Assembly (NCBI RefSeq): GCF_009914755.1
Contig: NC_060936.1
Source of the DNA: the human T2T-CHM13v2.0 reference genome, Homo sapiens
DNA: 64,000 nt
Strand: one strand, 5' to 3'
Shown piece by piece: positions 14,549 to 30,275 of the stretch. How positions within the stretch are numbered: position 1 is the stretch's first letter; each line of letters starts with the position of its first letter. The notes under the pieces were generated by a model, which was given only the letters and a program-made list of their open reading frames with translations, ran no database searches and was not told the DNA's origin. Made by a program: the position numbers and the translations under genes.

Positions 14549-14678
14549 CTTGGCTTGCAAACAGCTGTGTAAAAATAATCCCTTGAACGGATTTCCACAG
14601 TAGTATTTGCTTAAACAGCTGCCCGCAGAATTGATGAGTGTAAGAATGAATTGATAGGAAGGCATTTGAGGATTAAGA
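14549..14678 (-). pseudogene. Module V exon: S6 end/C-linker A' (FILTLINSAGSCLSKYY...LHSCLQAK)
   Basis: tatcctag| acceptor, AAG|gtaggt donor, 130 nt, ends in phase 0 and joins VAKYY. Confidence 0.55.
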
Positions 14679-17468
14679 CTAGGATATGAACATTTCCCAA
14701 ACCAAGTGAACCTCTGGAATGCTAGACAGGACTATTTTAAGAGACAATGTGTGTAAGTTACTATAGGGAATTTGACCTCGCAGGCATCAACTGTCATACC
14801 TGTGACCACTGTTATTTATTTAGCGTCATTAGCAAAACAGTTGACTCTACAAAGCATAAAACACCAATAAAGTCTGTACTTCAGGGTGACACATACTTCA
14901 TATTTTGTGTTAATCTGAGTTTTTCCAAGGGAAGTTAAAGGTCCTTAGTCCAGGTGAAGAGACTAAGGTAAGTGTTCTGGAGCAAATGTACCATCTAACT
15001 TTTTCTGGTGCTTATATGGAAAGTTAGTCACTCAGGCCCACCCACAACACTTGTAGAGCACAGAGCAAAAATACAGATGGAGGTTTTGACATCATATGCC
15101 AAATATTTAACATGTACTTTCAATATATAAAATTTACACTTTTGCTACCTTGACATAAAAACCTTCAAAATGATCTGGAAGATAGGGTTTGCATTTAGAA
15201 TTCTCAGATCTCTCCAAGTTCCAAGCTCTATGTTAGAACCTGGCCTCCTTTCTGGGGTGCATGACCTTGCATCTCTCTTACACTGTGAGGGACCACACCC
15301 CAGCATGCATGTGGACACCCCAATAAGCATGTTCAAGCTTTATCCACAGCCCTGAAAACAGCCACCTTTTGGCCAAATCTTAGCCCAGGGGAGCACACAC
15401 TGGCAGCATGGCAGCATAGACCATCCTCAGAGGGACAGACCAGACAAGAGGTCGATACAAGTCTGAACACTGGCTCGGGACAATTTGGCTAAGGAATTCT
15501 GGGGTTGTCCTATCTGGAGTACAACCTAGAAAGGCTGGGGACCACTAACTCTGGGTGACACATTCCCTTGACTAATTTGAAGGTAAGGGCACAGCCCAAG
15601 GAGGGCAAGAGCAGGACCCTCTAATGTGAGGGATCCTCTAATGTGAGGGACCCTCTAAAATTGAGGACTCAAGGTAACTCAAGGTAGGAGTCTCTTTTGC
15701 CTCTTCTGCCTAGGTCTAAGAGCAAAACTGGTTCTATCTAGAATGAAATCACAGTACTTTATCCATACTTTTATCTTTAGCACTCAGTATTGGAAATACG
15801 CACTGGATAATGTCATAATTCTGGTCAGTCCAGAGAATTCACAGAAGCCTGGGTGGTTTTAAGCTATTCTAAAAATTTGATTTGGTCGGCACCTGAGCTA
15901 TTTTTCAAGGCGTCTAACTCCCATGGATGATGCTAGGCTAAATGGCACTCCAAGGGGTGTGCCAAGCAAGTAATGTCCCAACAGCTGGTTGTCTCAACCC
16001 AGCACTTCAACCCTTATTCCATTTGGAGTAAACACTTGACTTGGATGTTTCAAGTTCGGGGTCAGAACCAACCTGACTTCTCAGAGTGTAAGCTACACTT
16101 CTTGTACGGATTTTTTTCCCTCTTATTAACCAACCAAGAGGTTAACTAATTACATAATTTGTATGCATTGTTTCAGTTTTCCATTTTTTCACATACATTT
16201 TTCCAGAGCCAAGCAATGTTTATCATTTTCTTCCTCAGAGTCTGAAATGCAGTGCCTTTCATAAAATATGCTATTATAAAGGATTAGCTGAGTTTCTCTT
16301 AAAGGATGAAAGAAAATATATTACATTTACCTAGTCTTGTTTTAAAAGCATTGCAATTATCTTCATTTTAATTTTTATTTGTAACAGAAGTTGGAGGTTT
16401 TCAATTTAATCTTCTCATTTCAAATGGTGGAAACTGAAGCCCAGAGAGATCAGGAAACCTATACAATATCACACAGCATAATTCATGGTAGAACTGATTC
16501 CATTCCAGAGTCCTGTGTGCTTTGCTAGCCCCAATCAATCACAGCTTTCATTACATCACACAACTCTACTTTCGAGGGGAGAAAAGAGAGGGACTAGGGA
16601 AATTAGGGATTTGGGGAGCCCTGGATAACCTGGGTGCAAAGGTCATGGGTCTTGTGTTTTGCCATCTTACTATTTTTTCTTTTCATCTGAGCCTCCTAAG
16701 ATGGAGCTTGCTGAGGATGGAGGGGAAGGGATATCATTGATTCTGTTTAGACACTTTAAAAAACTAAAAAAAAAAAAAAAATCACCAGCCAATGACTGAG
16801 AAACGAGTGCAGGTAATAATTTATAACTAAATGAAACTGCTTGTTGCATAAATAATCAAAATTCACTACTTATAGCAAATATTTCTAATGTCTTAACCAT
16901 GTGATTTCAGTGTTACAGAACCTGAGAGAGAAGAAAAGTTTCAGGAAGACGATGACAGTCAATAAGATGAAATGATGAAGTAAATGTAAACATGATACAG
17001 ACTGAGGCCATTGGCTCTGAATATCGAGACATCACTGGAATGTTTTGAGAAATTAACTTTGATTGCGAAGAGATTAAGAATTAGAATGCAGTAGGAAAAT
17101 GAATTAACATCTGATAAGAAAAGAAACCAAAGAGTAAAGACCTGTAGTTCTGCAACACAGGTGCTCATCAGAAAAATGTGGGTAACTTTTTCAATAATAA
17201 ACCCCTGGACCCACCCCCTGGAAAATCTGCTTAAGTATATCTGGGGCAGAAATGGGAAATTTACATTTTTCTTCAACATTTCAGATGGTTCTGTTGGCTC
17301 TTTAAAAATTATGGCCTACGGGTAACAGGATGAAGAAATAATTATTTGCCAACTACGGTATAGACAGTATAGAATGTTTTCAACAGAGGGAAAGGAGCAG
17401 TGAGTAATGAGGAAGAAAATAAGAAAGAAATAGGTGGGAAGTGGTGGTCGAGAGCCGAAGTTCTCAGG

Positions 17469-17817
17469 CAGGGGTCCCCAACCCCTGCTGTCCTGTGTTG
17501 TCTGGTACCAGTCCCTGGTCTGTTAGGAACCAAGCCGCACAGCAGGAAGTGAGCTGCGGGCTAGTGAGCATTACTGCCTGAGCTCTGCCTCCTGTCAGAT
17601 CAGCAGCGGCACCAGATTCTCACAGGAGCATGAACCCTATTGTGAACTGTGCATGCAGTTCCTTATGAGAATTCCGTGGTCCTTATGAGAATCTAACTAA
17701 TGCCTGATGATCTGAGGTGGAACAGTTTCATCCTGAGATCATCCTCCCTCCCCTGTCTGTTGAAAAACTGTCTTCCACGAAACCAGCCCGTGGTGCCAAA
17801 AGGGTTGGGGACTGCTA
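17469..17817. mobile_element. MER1B-like hAT-Charlie element
   Basis: caggggtccccaacccc ... gggttggggactgct inverted termini. Confidence 0.85.
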
Positions 17818-18706
17818 TTTTAGAAGACATGAAAGCGTGCTATCTAAAGTATAGGTGGAAGAAATAGCATTTGGAAAGGATAGTGGAGATGTCTTCCTTT
17901 GAAAACATGTAATAAGGACCTTGAGGATAAAGGTTCCACCATGTTTTGAGGCAAAAATCTGGTAGATGGCTTGGATCTCATAAGCAGATTAAGTGATGAT
18001 CTACCAAGGAAAATAGTGGTTCAGCTGGAGTCTGGAGGAATGTGGCGTGGTTCCTCAGAATGCCCCACTGGAGCCACTCCAGCCAGTATGAGATGAATGA
18101 TTGTGCATTAGATGGGCTTTAAATGTTGAATGTAGATTTTAAAAGAGTAAAACAGAAAAGATTCACAGGTGACTCAAAGTCTAATAATAGCCCTAACTTA
18201 TAGTTTAACACATCTTTATAAACGACTTCTTGTAGGCTCTTCTTGTTTTGCTCTTCTATGTATCCTTCCACCAACATTTGCACTGAAGGTTTCCTCTGCC
18301 TGAAGCATTCTGCTCCCACCCCCGACTTTAGTTAGGTTCTTGCCAAATCACCTTGTCACAGAAATCTTCCTTGACCACCTATATTAAATAGGACTAACTC
18401 TTCTATCTTTCTTAGTCTGCTTTTTGTATACAGGCTTATACCCGATATATTATACATTTATTTTTTATTGCGTTTCCCCACCCTAACTAAAATGTAAGCT
18501 GCAAGGAAGCCAAAGCTGATTTGTTTTGTTCTTTGCAAAAACCTCAATGCATGTAGGAGCACCCAGCACATAGTAGATGCTCAAAGTATATTTGTTAGAT
18601 AAATTTAAAAATAGTTGCTACTACTGCCAGAGCCTAGCCCAGACACTTCTGCGTAATTAGCCCTCAGCAAAAGTTGATCAATGTTTTGATGAATTAAATG
18701 AATGAT

Positions 18707-19225
18707 TGTGGCAGCCAGCTGTCAAGATGACCTCCAGTGTAAACCCTTGTGTAGCCCCCTCCAACAATAAATAGGGCTGATTTGAGCAACCAATAGAATA
18801 TTGTGGAAATGATGACATGTGACTTTTGAGACAAGGACATAAAAGACACTGGGGCTTCCACCTCAGTTTCTTCATCATTTGATCTAACCTCTGGGAGAAG
18901 TGAGTTGCCGTATATTGAAGATTCTCAGTCTTAGGGAAAGGTCTGTAGAGTGAGGACCATAAATCTGTCAACAGCCAGCACCAGCATGCCAGCCCTGTGA
19001 GTGAACCAATTTAGAAGTGGATTATCGAGCTCTAGTCAAACCCCTAGATAACCACAGCCCTGGCCAACATCTTGACTGCAAGATCTAGTTATTCCCTGAG
19101 ACGGAATAACTAGCTATGCAGTTCCCAAAGTTCTAAGCCACATAACTGTATGAGATAACATTTATCATTGCTTAAGCCAGTAAGTTTTGGGATAGTTTGC
19201 TATATAGCAATGGACAATTAATAAC
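18707..19225 (+). mobile_element. MLT1-type MaLR LTR
   Basis: tgtggcagcc...aagttttggg...tagcaat consensus blocks. Confidence 0.7.
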
Positions 19226-19328
19226 AGTAGCTTAGAGCCAGTTTTCAAAATTTTGTCCCTTCTGTTTGATGTCAGGGACAGATCTATCGTTTATGAAATG
19301 TATAGTTTTCCCTAAAACCAAATAAAAC

Positions 19329-19551
19329 CAGCAGGCTGATTTTGGGAACAACGATTTCAATAGATCTTGAAGTGTTTTCTATGCCTTATCACTGACAAGA
19401 TTGCTGGCCACATGAAAACCTAGCATGCATTTATAACATGAATTCTTCACACAGTGATCATTTAAAGATCCTTAATATCCAGATTCTATTAATAATCCAA
19501 CCCACAATCCTAGGAGTCTTAATCAAAGGATTACCAAAGTTCCATTACTTC
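19329..19551 (-). pseudogene. Module V exon: linker/pore/S6 start (GWII; FMWPAILSV; SIEIVVPKISLL)
   Basis: aatgcag| acceptor, 223 nt, frameshifted. Confidence 0.4.
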
Positions 19552-20839
19552 CTGCATTTAGCTTACTTATTTATTTATTTGATCATTTTCTTTGCCAAAG
19601 GGAAAGAGAAAAACAATAACAAACAAACACCTTGTTTTACAATTTACTCTTCCTTTTATGGATGACTATGCTCATTTTCTCCACAGATAAGAATATGTGT
19701 GTTTCTTTGTGTGTGAAAAGAAGCCGCCTTGAAGGATCTATTTAAAATTTGACTCAGTGATTAGTTACTGTTAGGCAATGTGGGCAGACCTCTAAGTGAA
19801 GTCCTGGCAAGTGTGACTCTGGAAAGCTAAGGAAATGGAGAATATAGTTAAAATTCTGACACTTGGAACCTCATCTGAGAGTCATATGTTTTTGTCATGA
19901 GGTGGGAGGAATTACTGGGTGAGTGACACGTGGAAGGGATAAGCAGGAGGCATGAATTCTTAAGGGCACTTGTGAATAATATTATTATGTCTGAAAGAAC
20001 CACAAGGGAGCTGAAAATTATAGAATCACAAATTTATAAATAATGAGATTAAAGGGAACTTCTTGGATTATAACTCAATTTTCTGTTTCTTCAGAGGAAA
20101 GAGTCACATGATGACCGACTGTTTTGAGCAATTAGAAAAGGAATATCCTGCCTTTCCTTTCTAGGGCCACCTACTTCCTAGTCACAAGAAACTGAAAACA
20201 AGTAAAAAAAAGAAAAATACTATACTGTTTTACACTGATTTGAGCAAAGGCAGAGATGAGACAGTGTGAAGTGATGCAAAGATGAGGAGAGGAAGTACAG
20301 CAATGTGACTGCATTTCAGCTGCTGTGTGCCTGGGAGAGGCAGATGACACAGCAGGCACAGGGCAGTGCAAGAAAGCTAGAGAGGGGAAGAAGGGCCAGT
20401 TGAGGCTGATTCTGGATGAGTGGCCAAGGAGTTGCCTTTTCTTTCTATGTGCAATTGAGTCATTAGAAATTTCAAAGCAATTTTTAAACTGTAATTGCTA
20501 AACTGACTTCAATTGACACAGATAACATCTGTTTGCTAAAGTGTTAAAATAGAGACTGTACTGAGGGTTGAACCTACCAGTTCCCTTAGGCTCACTCTTC
20601 AAATTTTGTTTTGTAGATAAGCTAAGATTTATATATCTAGCCCAGAGGGGGTCAGAGCTTTTCCTTTGATAAAAGAAAGTTGGAAATAGAGTCACATGTT
20701 TCTCAAAGGGGGTTTTCTGATTTTAAACACAGTACAATCCCAAGTGGCCAGTCACAGAAAATAGTATCTAGTCTACCTGAATTACAGATCAGGGGAAAAG
20801 CAGGTGAGAAAAAGTCCCTGTTCTGTTAAAAAAAAAAAA

Positions 20840-20935
20840 AGCCAACTTGGCCTTTGCATCTTGCAGCACCAATGCATGTAGACCATGGCCATAATGAAGA
20901 CGGAGAGCTGGACAATTGCTTTAAGATGCCAGGGT
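20840..20935 (-). pseudogene. Module V candidate S5 segment (IVQLSVFIMAMVYMHWCC)
   Basis: Open hydrophobic run ending in HW.C at the expected position. Confidence 0.35.
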
Positions 20936-22979
20936 TACCCATCAGGGTGGATAAGCAAAGACAAGGTCTTCTTTTGTAAAAGAAGAGGAGAAGATTGAGG
21001 AGGGGAGAGGAAGGGAGGAAGGAAAAGGAAAGAAGGAAGGAAAATTAGTAAACCAGAGTGAAGTCAACCTAGCAATTACAGTTTAAAATTATTTCCAACC
21101 TTGTTTCCAGTACTTCTTCAAGTTTGCATAGTTCCATTGCATAGTAGCCTGACCTTGGGCTGGTCATCACAGTTTATAAAGTAGAAGACTCTGTCAACTG
21201 AAAAACACACTGTTATTTTATGTGACACTATGAAAGAACAACAAAAAAATGCTGCCAATTAAACTATGACACTGTATTGATGGTAAAGTACATCTCTATA
21301 TCAGAGATGTCAAAATGTAGAAAAAATATGAATCTTAAAATTAGTAAAAGCCTCAGTTTCCTTTTCTGTAAAATAGAGATGACAATAGTACTGCATAAAA
21401 TTCTTTGCCCCCGCCCCCAGATCAATTTCCAACCTCTCCACCTGGTTCTGTGCCCTTGGATGCTGACCTCTAATGCAGTATTTCCGCTGGATTCCTGGTT
21501 GGGCTTAGTTGATGGGGCTGTGACCATAAATTAATGGATATGAGGTGAAAGAGTTTGAGGGTTTGTATTTCCCTTCATTGCTGTGGGGATGAGTGAGATA
21601 GTAGCTGTGATCCTCTCCACAAGGCCACACTTCAACTTGGTGGCTTCTCTCCTATGGCTTGGGTTTGCTTCAGGTTTCATTTCATTCATCATTCAGGTCT
21701 GCCCCTTCAGACCTAGGGTTGGGGAAGAGGTGGGCAGTGGATCGGCTTCCCGTGTTGCTGATTCCTGGATGCTTCACCATCTCTTCTTGGTGAGGTTAAC
21801 TTTCCCCATAACTTTGTAACTAGGTTTTCATTAAGTTTTGTTTCTTGCTGGAAGCTTGACTGATACAAGCACCAACTTCACATGATTGCTGTGAATATTA
21901 AATGAAGTAATGAATGCAAGGAACTTAGCTTAGTATGCAGCATGGGGGAAGCACTCTAGATAATCAGGTTTTCTGTTTTTCAAACACGTTAAACTCACTC
22001 CTCTCTTTGGGCAGTTGTACTAGCTGTTCGCTCCTTCAATATTCTTGTCTCAGGTCTTCGTAGGGCCGGTGCTTTCTTGTCATTTAGATTTCAGCTCACA
22101 TGTCATTACTCAGAGGACACTATCCTATCCACCTTATCTGTTAATCTAAATTAATTCCCCAGGCATCCCCTATCTCATTGCCTCTCATTTCCTTAATAGA
22201 CATTTTTTCTTCATGATATTTCTTGGTTACATATTTGCTTATACCCTAGCTCTCTTGAATAGAATTTAAGTGTGATACATTGCTTTTTTGTTCCTTTGCC
22301 CCTGATGAATCCTGTGTCCAGAATGTAGCTAGCATGTAGTAGGGTTGCAGGACAAGTTACCTGGGAGCATATATTCTGAGGTAGAATGAGTGCAAAAGCC
22401 TTATTGGGAAGTAACACCTAAATTTGTGAAAGAAGGGAGGAAGCATTATGGATAGGGAGGGCCATCAGACCCTTTTCTGACATCATAAGATTTTAGCAGC
22501 CTAGCAAGGAACTCTTGTTCGAAGGTTTCTCATTAGAGGAGTCCCACATTGCCAATACATTGTCTCGCTACTTTATTCAGTCATAGGCTGAAGGTCGTCC
22601 CCAGAAAAGCATGACCTCAGCTGTCATCACCTTGCTCACTCATTGTCTGGGGCACTCCAAAAATAGCATGACTTTAGCTACAAAGCTGAGGAAGACCCTG
22701 ATAAAGTTGACATCTAAAGACAGCGAGCTAAACAGGCTCTTTGCAGCTGGGTTCTGAGTTCTTTCTCAATGGGGAGGCCTAAATAACACATCTCTGTGTC
22801 TGCCAATAAATATTTTTTGTGGAATGGAACGCTCAATATGTTTGTTTTAAAATTTTTTGTCTTAACTTTATCATCATACCTAAATGAATCAAATCAAGAA
22901 CAGAAGGATGTGCAAGCCTCTAATCTAACTGTTCAGCTAGATAACAGCTAAGTTAATACACATACCACAAGGAAAGAAC

Positions 22980-23600
22980 ATACTTGGCACTTTTGAAATA
23001 CTAAAATATAGCCAGTGGGGCTGGAGAATAAGAAACTAAGGGGAGAATAGAAAGAGATGTCAGAGAAGTAGACACTGTGAGATTTTAAATAAGGATATTA
23101 CATAATCTGATTCACATTTTAAGAAAATCACTTGGACTGCTTTATGGAGAATAGGTAATAGACGGACAAGAGCAAAAGTAGGGAGACCAGACCAGTTAGC
23201 AAGCTAAGGTGAACATCCAGGCAAGAGCTAAGAATGGCTAGGACTATGGTATTATGGCAGAGATGGAGAAGCAGACAAAGTTGGGATATATTTTGGAGGT
23301 AGAGTTTTAGGACTTCTAAGATATTAGAGCTGAGAGAGGAGGGGAGGAGACTCAAGGACAATGTCTTGATGTTTGGTAGGTGGTTGTGTCATTTTCTAGG
23401 ATAAGGAAGAGTAATTAAGGAACAACTTTGGAAAGGAAAGATCTGCTTTGGACTTGTAACTTTTGAAATGTCATAATTAGGCATCCAAGTGAATATGTGA
23501 AATAAGCAATTGGCTCTATGAATCTATAGCTCAATGGAGATATCAAGAGCTGGAGATAAAATCATATGCAATTGGCATGAAGATGGTAGTTAAAGCCAAG
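22980..23600 (+). mobile_element. L2 fragment
   Basis: Purine-rich L2-like sequence (gatatattttggaggtagag...catccaagtg). Confidence 0.6.
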
Positions 23601-23649
23601 GGACTTTCCTGGAATTCATGCATCTAAATGAATGAATGGGATTTCCTTC

Positions 23650-23930
23650 AGGGTGCTGACTCTCCTGGGGAAGCTTCATGATATATACATTTTTCTAATG
23701 ATGTTGATCCATTGGCATAATTTTATTGGGCCTCAGATTCTAAGTAAAAAAAGAAAAGAAGAAGTTAGTGTTCTGTGAGTTTAACAAGTTTTAAAACAAA
23801 CAAAAGAAGTAGATTGTGATTGAATATCTCTTATTGCAAACTGCGCAGACCACCAAGCTCAGTAAAAGCATTGAGTAAGTGGAAAAACAATGTTGTATGA
23901 AAGGACATGAATGAAAACTATCTGGGAAAC
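23650..23930 (-). pseudogene. Module V S2-S4 segment (NAFTELGGLRSLQ*EIFNHNLLLLFVLKLV; LLRI*GPIKL)
   Basis: AF...G.L...EI..H....F.L.L and LLR motifs; boundaries approximate. Confidence 0.45.
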
Positions 23931-23989
23931 AACCCATATTTTGGTGTCAGGAAAGCCTGAGTTCAAGTCATGACTCAACCACTCACTGA

Positions 23990-24378
<389 letters not shown>

Positions 24379-24984
24379 ATTTTTTGGAGTTTTTGTGCAA
24401 ACTCTACATGACTACAGATAGAAGTATCTAGTAACAGTAATAACATAGTGACGGTTCAATACATTTTAACTATTTAAAGACTCTTTTGATGTATTAGTAA
24501 ATTGAAATGAAACAAGCCACCATAACATCATCAGAATGGATGGGTGTTTGCCTAAAGCTACCAGACTAAAAATGTCTACTCAACAGAGGGATCACAGTGA
24601 GATTTACTCTTTCCATGGGAAAAAAAGGGAATGAAACATGGAAACGGATGTGAATCCCATGAGCTGAATGGGTAGTAGGCTTGTGTGTTATGCTGTTGTG
24701 TCTAGCATGGCTGGGGGATCTAAACTTCTTTATTGCTTTTCTCTATTAATAAAACATCTTTAGCACACCCTCTCTCTACCACTCTCCCCTTCCCCCAGGC
24801 GTCCCTTCTTTGGAGAACAATGGTCTAGAAAACTGCCTAGCAAAGCATCTCAATGGGGCTTAAGTATTTTATACTCAAAGGTTCACAAGTTGGCTGCCTT
24901 TGGAGTTAATCAGCCTACTGACATATTTTGTTTGTTTGAAATGGCATTTAACATTCTAGCCAAAGTTTAAACACTGAAAGAACT

Positions 24985-25087
24985 TATATATACATATATT
25001 TATATAGATGTTATATATATATGTATATATAAACACATAAACACACACGTACCCATATATAGGTATACACACACACATATATATATA
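24985..25087. repeat. (TA)n/(CA)n compound microsatellite
   Basis: Seen directly. Confidence 0.85.
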
Positions 25088-25404
25088 AGAAAAAAAAGAA
25101 AAAAATTGAATCTTCCCTTAAAAAAATTCCCACATGGCAAGAATTAGCTGGATATGTTCTCTTTAGTTTGCTGCACTCCTTACCATTCCTTACTGTTTTC
25201 CAAATGAGGCCAGGATTGGCTACCATTTATTATTATGCTTGAATTATTATGTTTTTATAGTAAAAGCATAGTTATCTAAATCCACAATTAAACATAAAAA
25301 TTCCCCTTTTCTATTTATATCGACTGACTCAATTTTATAAGCATTTACCTTTGCTTTCCAATTCTACCCATTACTGTTTATTTGGCAATTCTTGAGAAGT
25401 AATA

Positions 25405-25530
25405 CGTTTTGTTTTGTGGTGGAATATGGCCCTGAAAAGAGTCAATTACTAGTGCTGATTATGGTAATGAAACAAAAATCAAGAAAAACTTTAAAATGAT
25501 GGCTCTTGGCCAAAATTATATAGAAGTTTA
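25405..25530 (-). pseudogene. Module V candidate S1 segment (YIILAKSHHFKVFLDFCFITII...GPY)
   Basis: Position and hydrophobicity fit; splice sites unclear. Confidence 0.3.
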
Positions 25531-25649
25531 GAATGGAATATTTAGTTAAGGATTGAAAATGTTATTTTATAGTTTCAAATTATAGTTTATTGCATTATAG
25601 GAGAGAAATTCAATGAGCTAGTCAGGTTTGCAAATTTAAAGATTCTTTA

Positions 25650-25860
25650 AGAACACATGGACACAGGGAGGGGAACATCACACACTGAGGCCTGTTGGGG
25701 GTCGGGGGGCTAGGGGAGGGGTAGCATTAGGAGAAATACCTAATGTAGATGATGGGTTGATGGGTGCAGCAAACCAACATGGCACGTTTATACCTATGTA
25801 ACAAACATGCACGTTCTACACAAGTACCCCAGAACTTAAAGCATAATAATAATAATAATA
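25650..25860 (+). mobile_element. L1PA 3' end with (AAT)n tail
   Basis: gaacacatggacacagggaggggaacatcacacac...cagaacttaaa. Confidence 0.92.
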
Positions 25861-26620
25861 CTTTAAGTCCTCAGGACATGCCCCTAAATTTGTTTAATTG
25901 TCTTGAGTTACAGGTCCTGTTTCTTGTATCTGGATTTTAAAATTCAATGGTCACATTCAAAACAAAATTTATCAGTAGTCATTGAGGTTGCATGATCTAC
26001 TATATTGTATTGTATCTGGGAAAACATTCCTCAATACAGAATCATAACATTAAAGTCATTCCTTTTATCTACCCAGGCCTATTGTTCCTTCTCTGGTTGC
26101 CTGCTCAAAGCACTTAATCAATTCATCAAAGGGAATGAAATAAGCCATAAAGCATGGGGCTTTCTTAGAACAAAGACATGACCTAATTTTTCCAATGGGA
26201 AATGACCTGCGAAAATTCTTCTCAATGTAAGGAAGCTATAGTTCTCCTCAAACCTCTCAATTCTCAAAAATGACATCATCAATCAACAACTCTCTTTTCT
26301 AAACTGTGGCTGAAATATGCTGTAGAAGCTATTCATTTTATGTCATGTTATCAGCAGAAAGATTATTGAAAGAACTGTGCATTTTAGCTTCCAGAATTAT
26401 AAGACTATTGAATTCCCTAGAATAAAGCCCCAAATCCATACTGAGGCCTATCAGATCCTTCATGGGATGTTGTCCTGTAATCTCCCCAGACGAGTCATTC
26501 TCTCCAACGTTGCTCATCTCAGCACAATTACCACTGCCATGTCCACACACAGCACACCCCCAACACACATAAATACACCCAAAAAATACATAAAACAAAA
26601 CAACACACAAAAAAACTCAC

Positions 26621-27014
26621 ATGGTCTCAGGCTTTAGGTATAAGTTATCCTTTTTAACATTTTAGAAGTACCCCAATACAATAGATACTTCTTCCCGTTT
26701 ATAGAAATTCTTTTGGAGTATTGGAGACCCTCCACCATCAGGAATTGACCTTGACTATTCTAATTCTTAAAGGGAATCAATGGATGCAATAATTTTGTTG
26801 ACAAGTCCGTCTATGTACATTCTTCTTGGTATCTTCTGTGTTCTCTGCAAGTGGCCTACATGGCCTTCTAGGATCCTAGCTTGCTATGAAAGTGGGAAGG
26901 ATTTTAAAGCTTATTTGGTGGAAACTGTATCTTTTGCTGTAGAATCCAAATCTAAAACAAATCTTGCATTAGTCTGCCATCCTGACATTTCTTGTAAAAC
27001 ATCTCAAACACCCT
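26621..27014 (-). pseudogene. Module W exon: C-linker end and CNBD (EGV*DVLQEM; PRRMYIDGLV; GQFLMVEGLQYSKR)
   Basis: gttcctcag| acceptor, |gtgagt donor, 394 nt; MY.I.G.V and G.F..E.L motifs. Confidence 0.55.
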
Positions 27015-27777
27015 CTGAGGAACAGTAGTTTGAATCACTTAATTTCATCAGTTCACATCTAGTGTCCATGCCTATCTACATAATTTGCCAAGCCCAGTGC
27101 AAAATGAAAATGTGAGACCCCTGTTCAAAGAGCAGGAAAAAAGTAGATCTAAAAGCAAAAGTTCTACCTTAAAAGCTCTTTACCTTTACCTTTAAGTTCT
27201 ACCTTAAAAATATGTTAATATTTTTAAGATGTTATAAGGGTAAAAGTGATAAATGAGTAACAACATAAACTTAGAAATTGAATAAACATTTTTGTGTTAT
27301 AATTCTATATCATATAACAAAAATTAATTTTATTAGTATGATATATTGATTGTAGAAATCTTTTGGCTTGGTTTGCTGAAAACTTATTTTTTAGGTCATT
27401 AAAATTATTCTTTTAGCAACTTCATTTTCAATTGACATAATGGAAAATGATATCTGGCACTCTTGGCAAATGCAATATCACAAATAATTTGATAATTTTT
27501 AATTTTGAGAAATATCTTTTTTCAGATGCTACTGCTACTAGAGCTGTTAATATTTTTTATAGACTCTGACAACATTGGGATAAAATTCAGATAAATTATT
27601 TCAGAATATAAATTTTAACACATCTAGAGCTAATGATTCTGTGGAACAATTTTTCAGAAAGATTTATTTCTTCAAAAAATAAGTCTGAATTTAGTTGCAA
27701 ATGTAAATTTATACAATGGCATTTTAATATTTCTTCTGACATTTCTTGTAACTTGTGGTGTTTTTGCAAGAAATTGA

Positions 27778-28672
<895 letters not shown>

Positions 28673-29393
28673 TCAAAAGTAGAGGTTCTAAAATCTGAAG
28701 AATTCTAGTAACCCCATGATATATTTTTTGGACTATCCAGGTGTACACTTTTATCTCATAATAATTCACTGATCACATTTACAGCCTGGGTGCCAGCAGT
28801 TCCTGTCCCGATGCTCAGGCCTCAAAGATGCCACAGAGACAGGACTGGCTATGAGAAATGACTGGCAAGTTGGCTTCCCACCTGAGTCCCCTAGCTGTCC
28901 CCAGGCAGAGCCCTCCTCTTTTCTGGGTCCTGGAGTGCTGTCATCACTGCAGATGCATCTGTTCCTGATGCATTCATAGACACCACCAATGTGGACCCAG
29001 GTACCAGAATCAGCTAACCACTTGGGCTCCCATCGTGCCCTGACTGCCCCAGTGCATGTACACAACAGGGAGCCTGAGCAACTGCTCTGTACAAGCTTGC
29101 CTGAGCCCTCCTGTGCACATGCTGCGACTCAGTGTAACCCCTCTATTATTTCGCAGGCTCCAGGGTCCCTTAGGACTTCTCCTATAAAACACAAGTTTAA
29201 ATACTTAAAAAGTTATGAAAAATTTCAAGATGGTGACAGCAGAGTACTAAACCAGACACAGGGCTCCTTTTGAGAGTTGAGCCCCATAGGCTTGCATCGG
29301 TCCATGCCCTTGAAGCTGGGCCTGCTAGTATCCTGAGTTACCCATCATTCCTTGTGCCTTTGCTCATCAGCAATTCCCAAACCGTGCTCTGCA

Positions 29394-29815
29394 TGATGTG
29401 GTTTGGATCTATGTCCATGCCCAAATCTCATGTCAAATTGTAAGCCCCAGTGTTGGAAGTGGGACATGGTGGGAGGTGATTGGATCATGAAGACGGAGTT
29501 CTCGTGAATGGTTTAGCACCTCCCCCCCTTAGTACTGTGCAGTGGTACTGTAGACTGAGTGAGTTCTCATGAGATCTGGTTGTTTAAAAGTGTGTGGCAC
29601 CTCCCCCATCTCTTTTCCTCCTGCTCCTGGCCATGTGAAGTGCCTGCTTCCCCTTTGCCTTCCACCATGACTGTAAGTTTCCTGAGGCCTTCCCAGAAAC
29701 AGAAGCCGTATGCTTCCTGTACAGCCTGCAGAATCGTGAGTCGATTAAACCTCTTTTCTTATAAAGCACCCAGTCTCAGGTATTTCTTTAAAACAGTGTG
29801 AGAATGAACTAATAC
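29394..29815 (+). mobile_element. MSTA/MSTB MaLR LTR
   Basis: tgatgtggtttggatct...actaataca. Confidence 0.9.
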
Positions 29816-30275
29816 ACTGCAGAACAGGTGTTCTGTGAAAAAGAGTGAGAAATGCTGCATTCTACGTTCCCCTCTGGGGGATTCAGAGTGCTTATTAGCA
29901 AATTATAGGATCTTGAAGTCCTGAATTAAACGCACGTAATTTCATGTAGTCCATCCTTTCTGAGGCTTTTCTGGCACCAGAATCCCAGTTACATCAAGCA
30001 CCTCTGAATATCTTGGGGAAATATAGTGTTTAGAATAAAATTTGGAGAATGCTGTGCCAAGCTGTGGAGCAGACTCCATTCAAAATCTCCACAGGCTTTT
30101 TTTTGGCCCCTAACTCAAAGTAGGCATTCTATTTGAATTACTATCTTCATAAGGATGTAAGTAAACTGAGTCTATCAAGGCTTAATATAATATATAAAAG
30201 TATAAGGAAATATATTTTGGCAATAATACAATTTTAATTCTTAAAAAATAATGTTTTATTCTAAAAATTACATAC

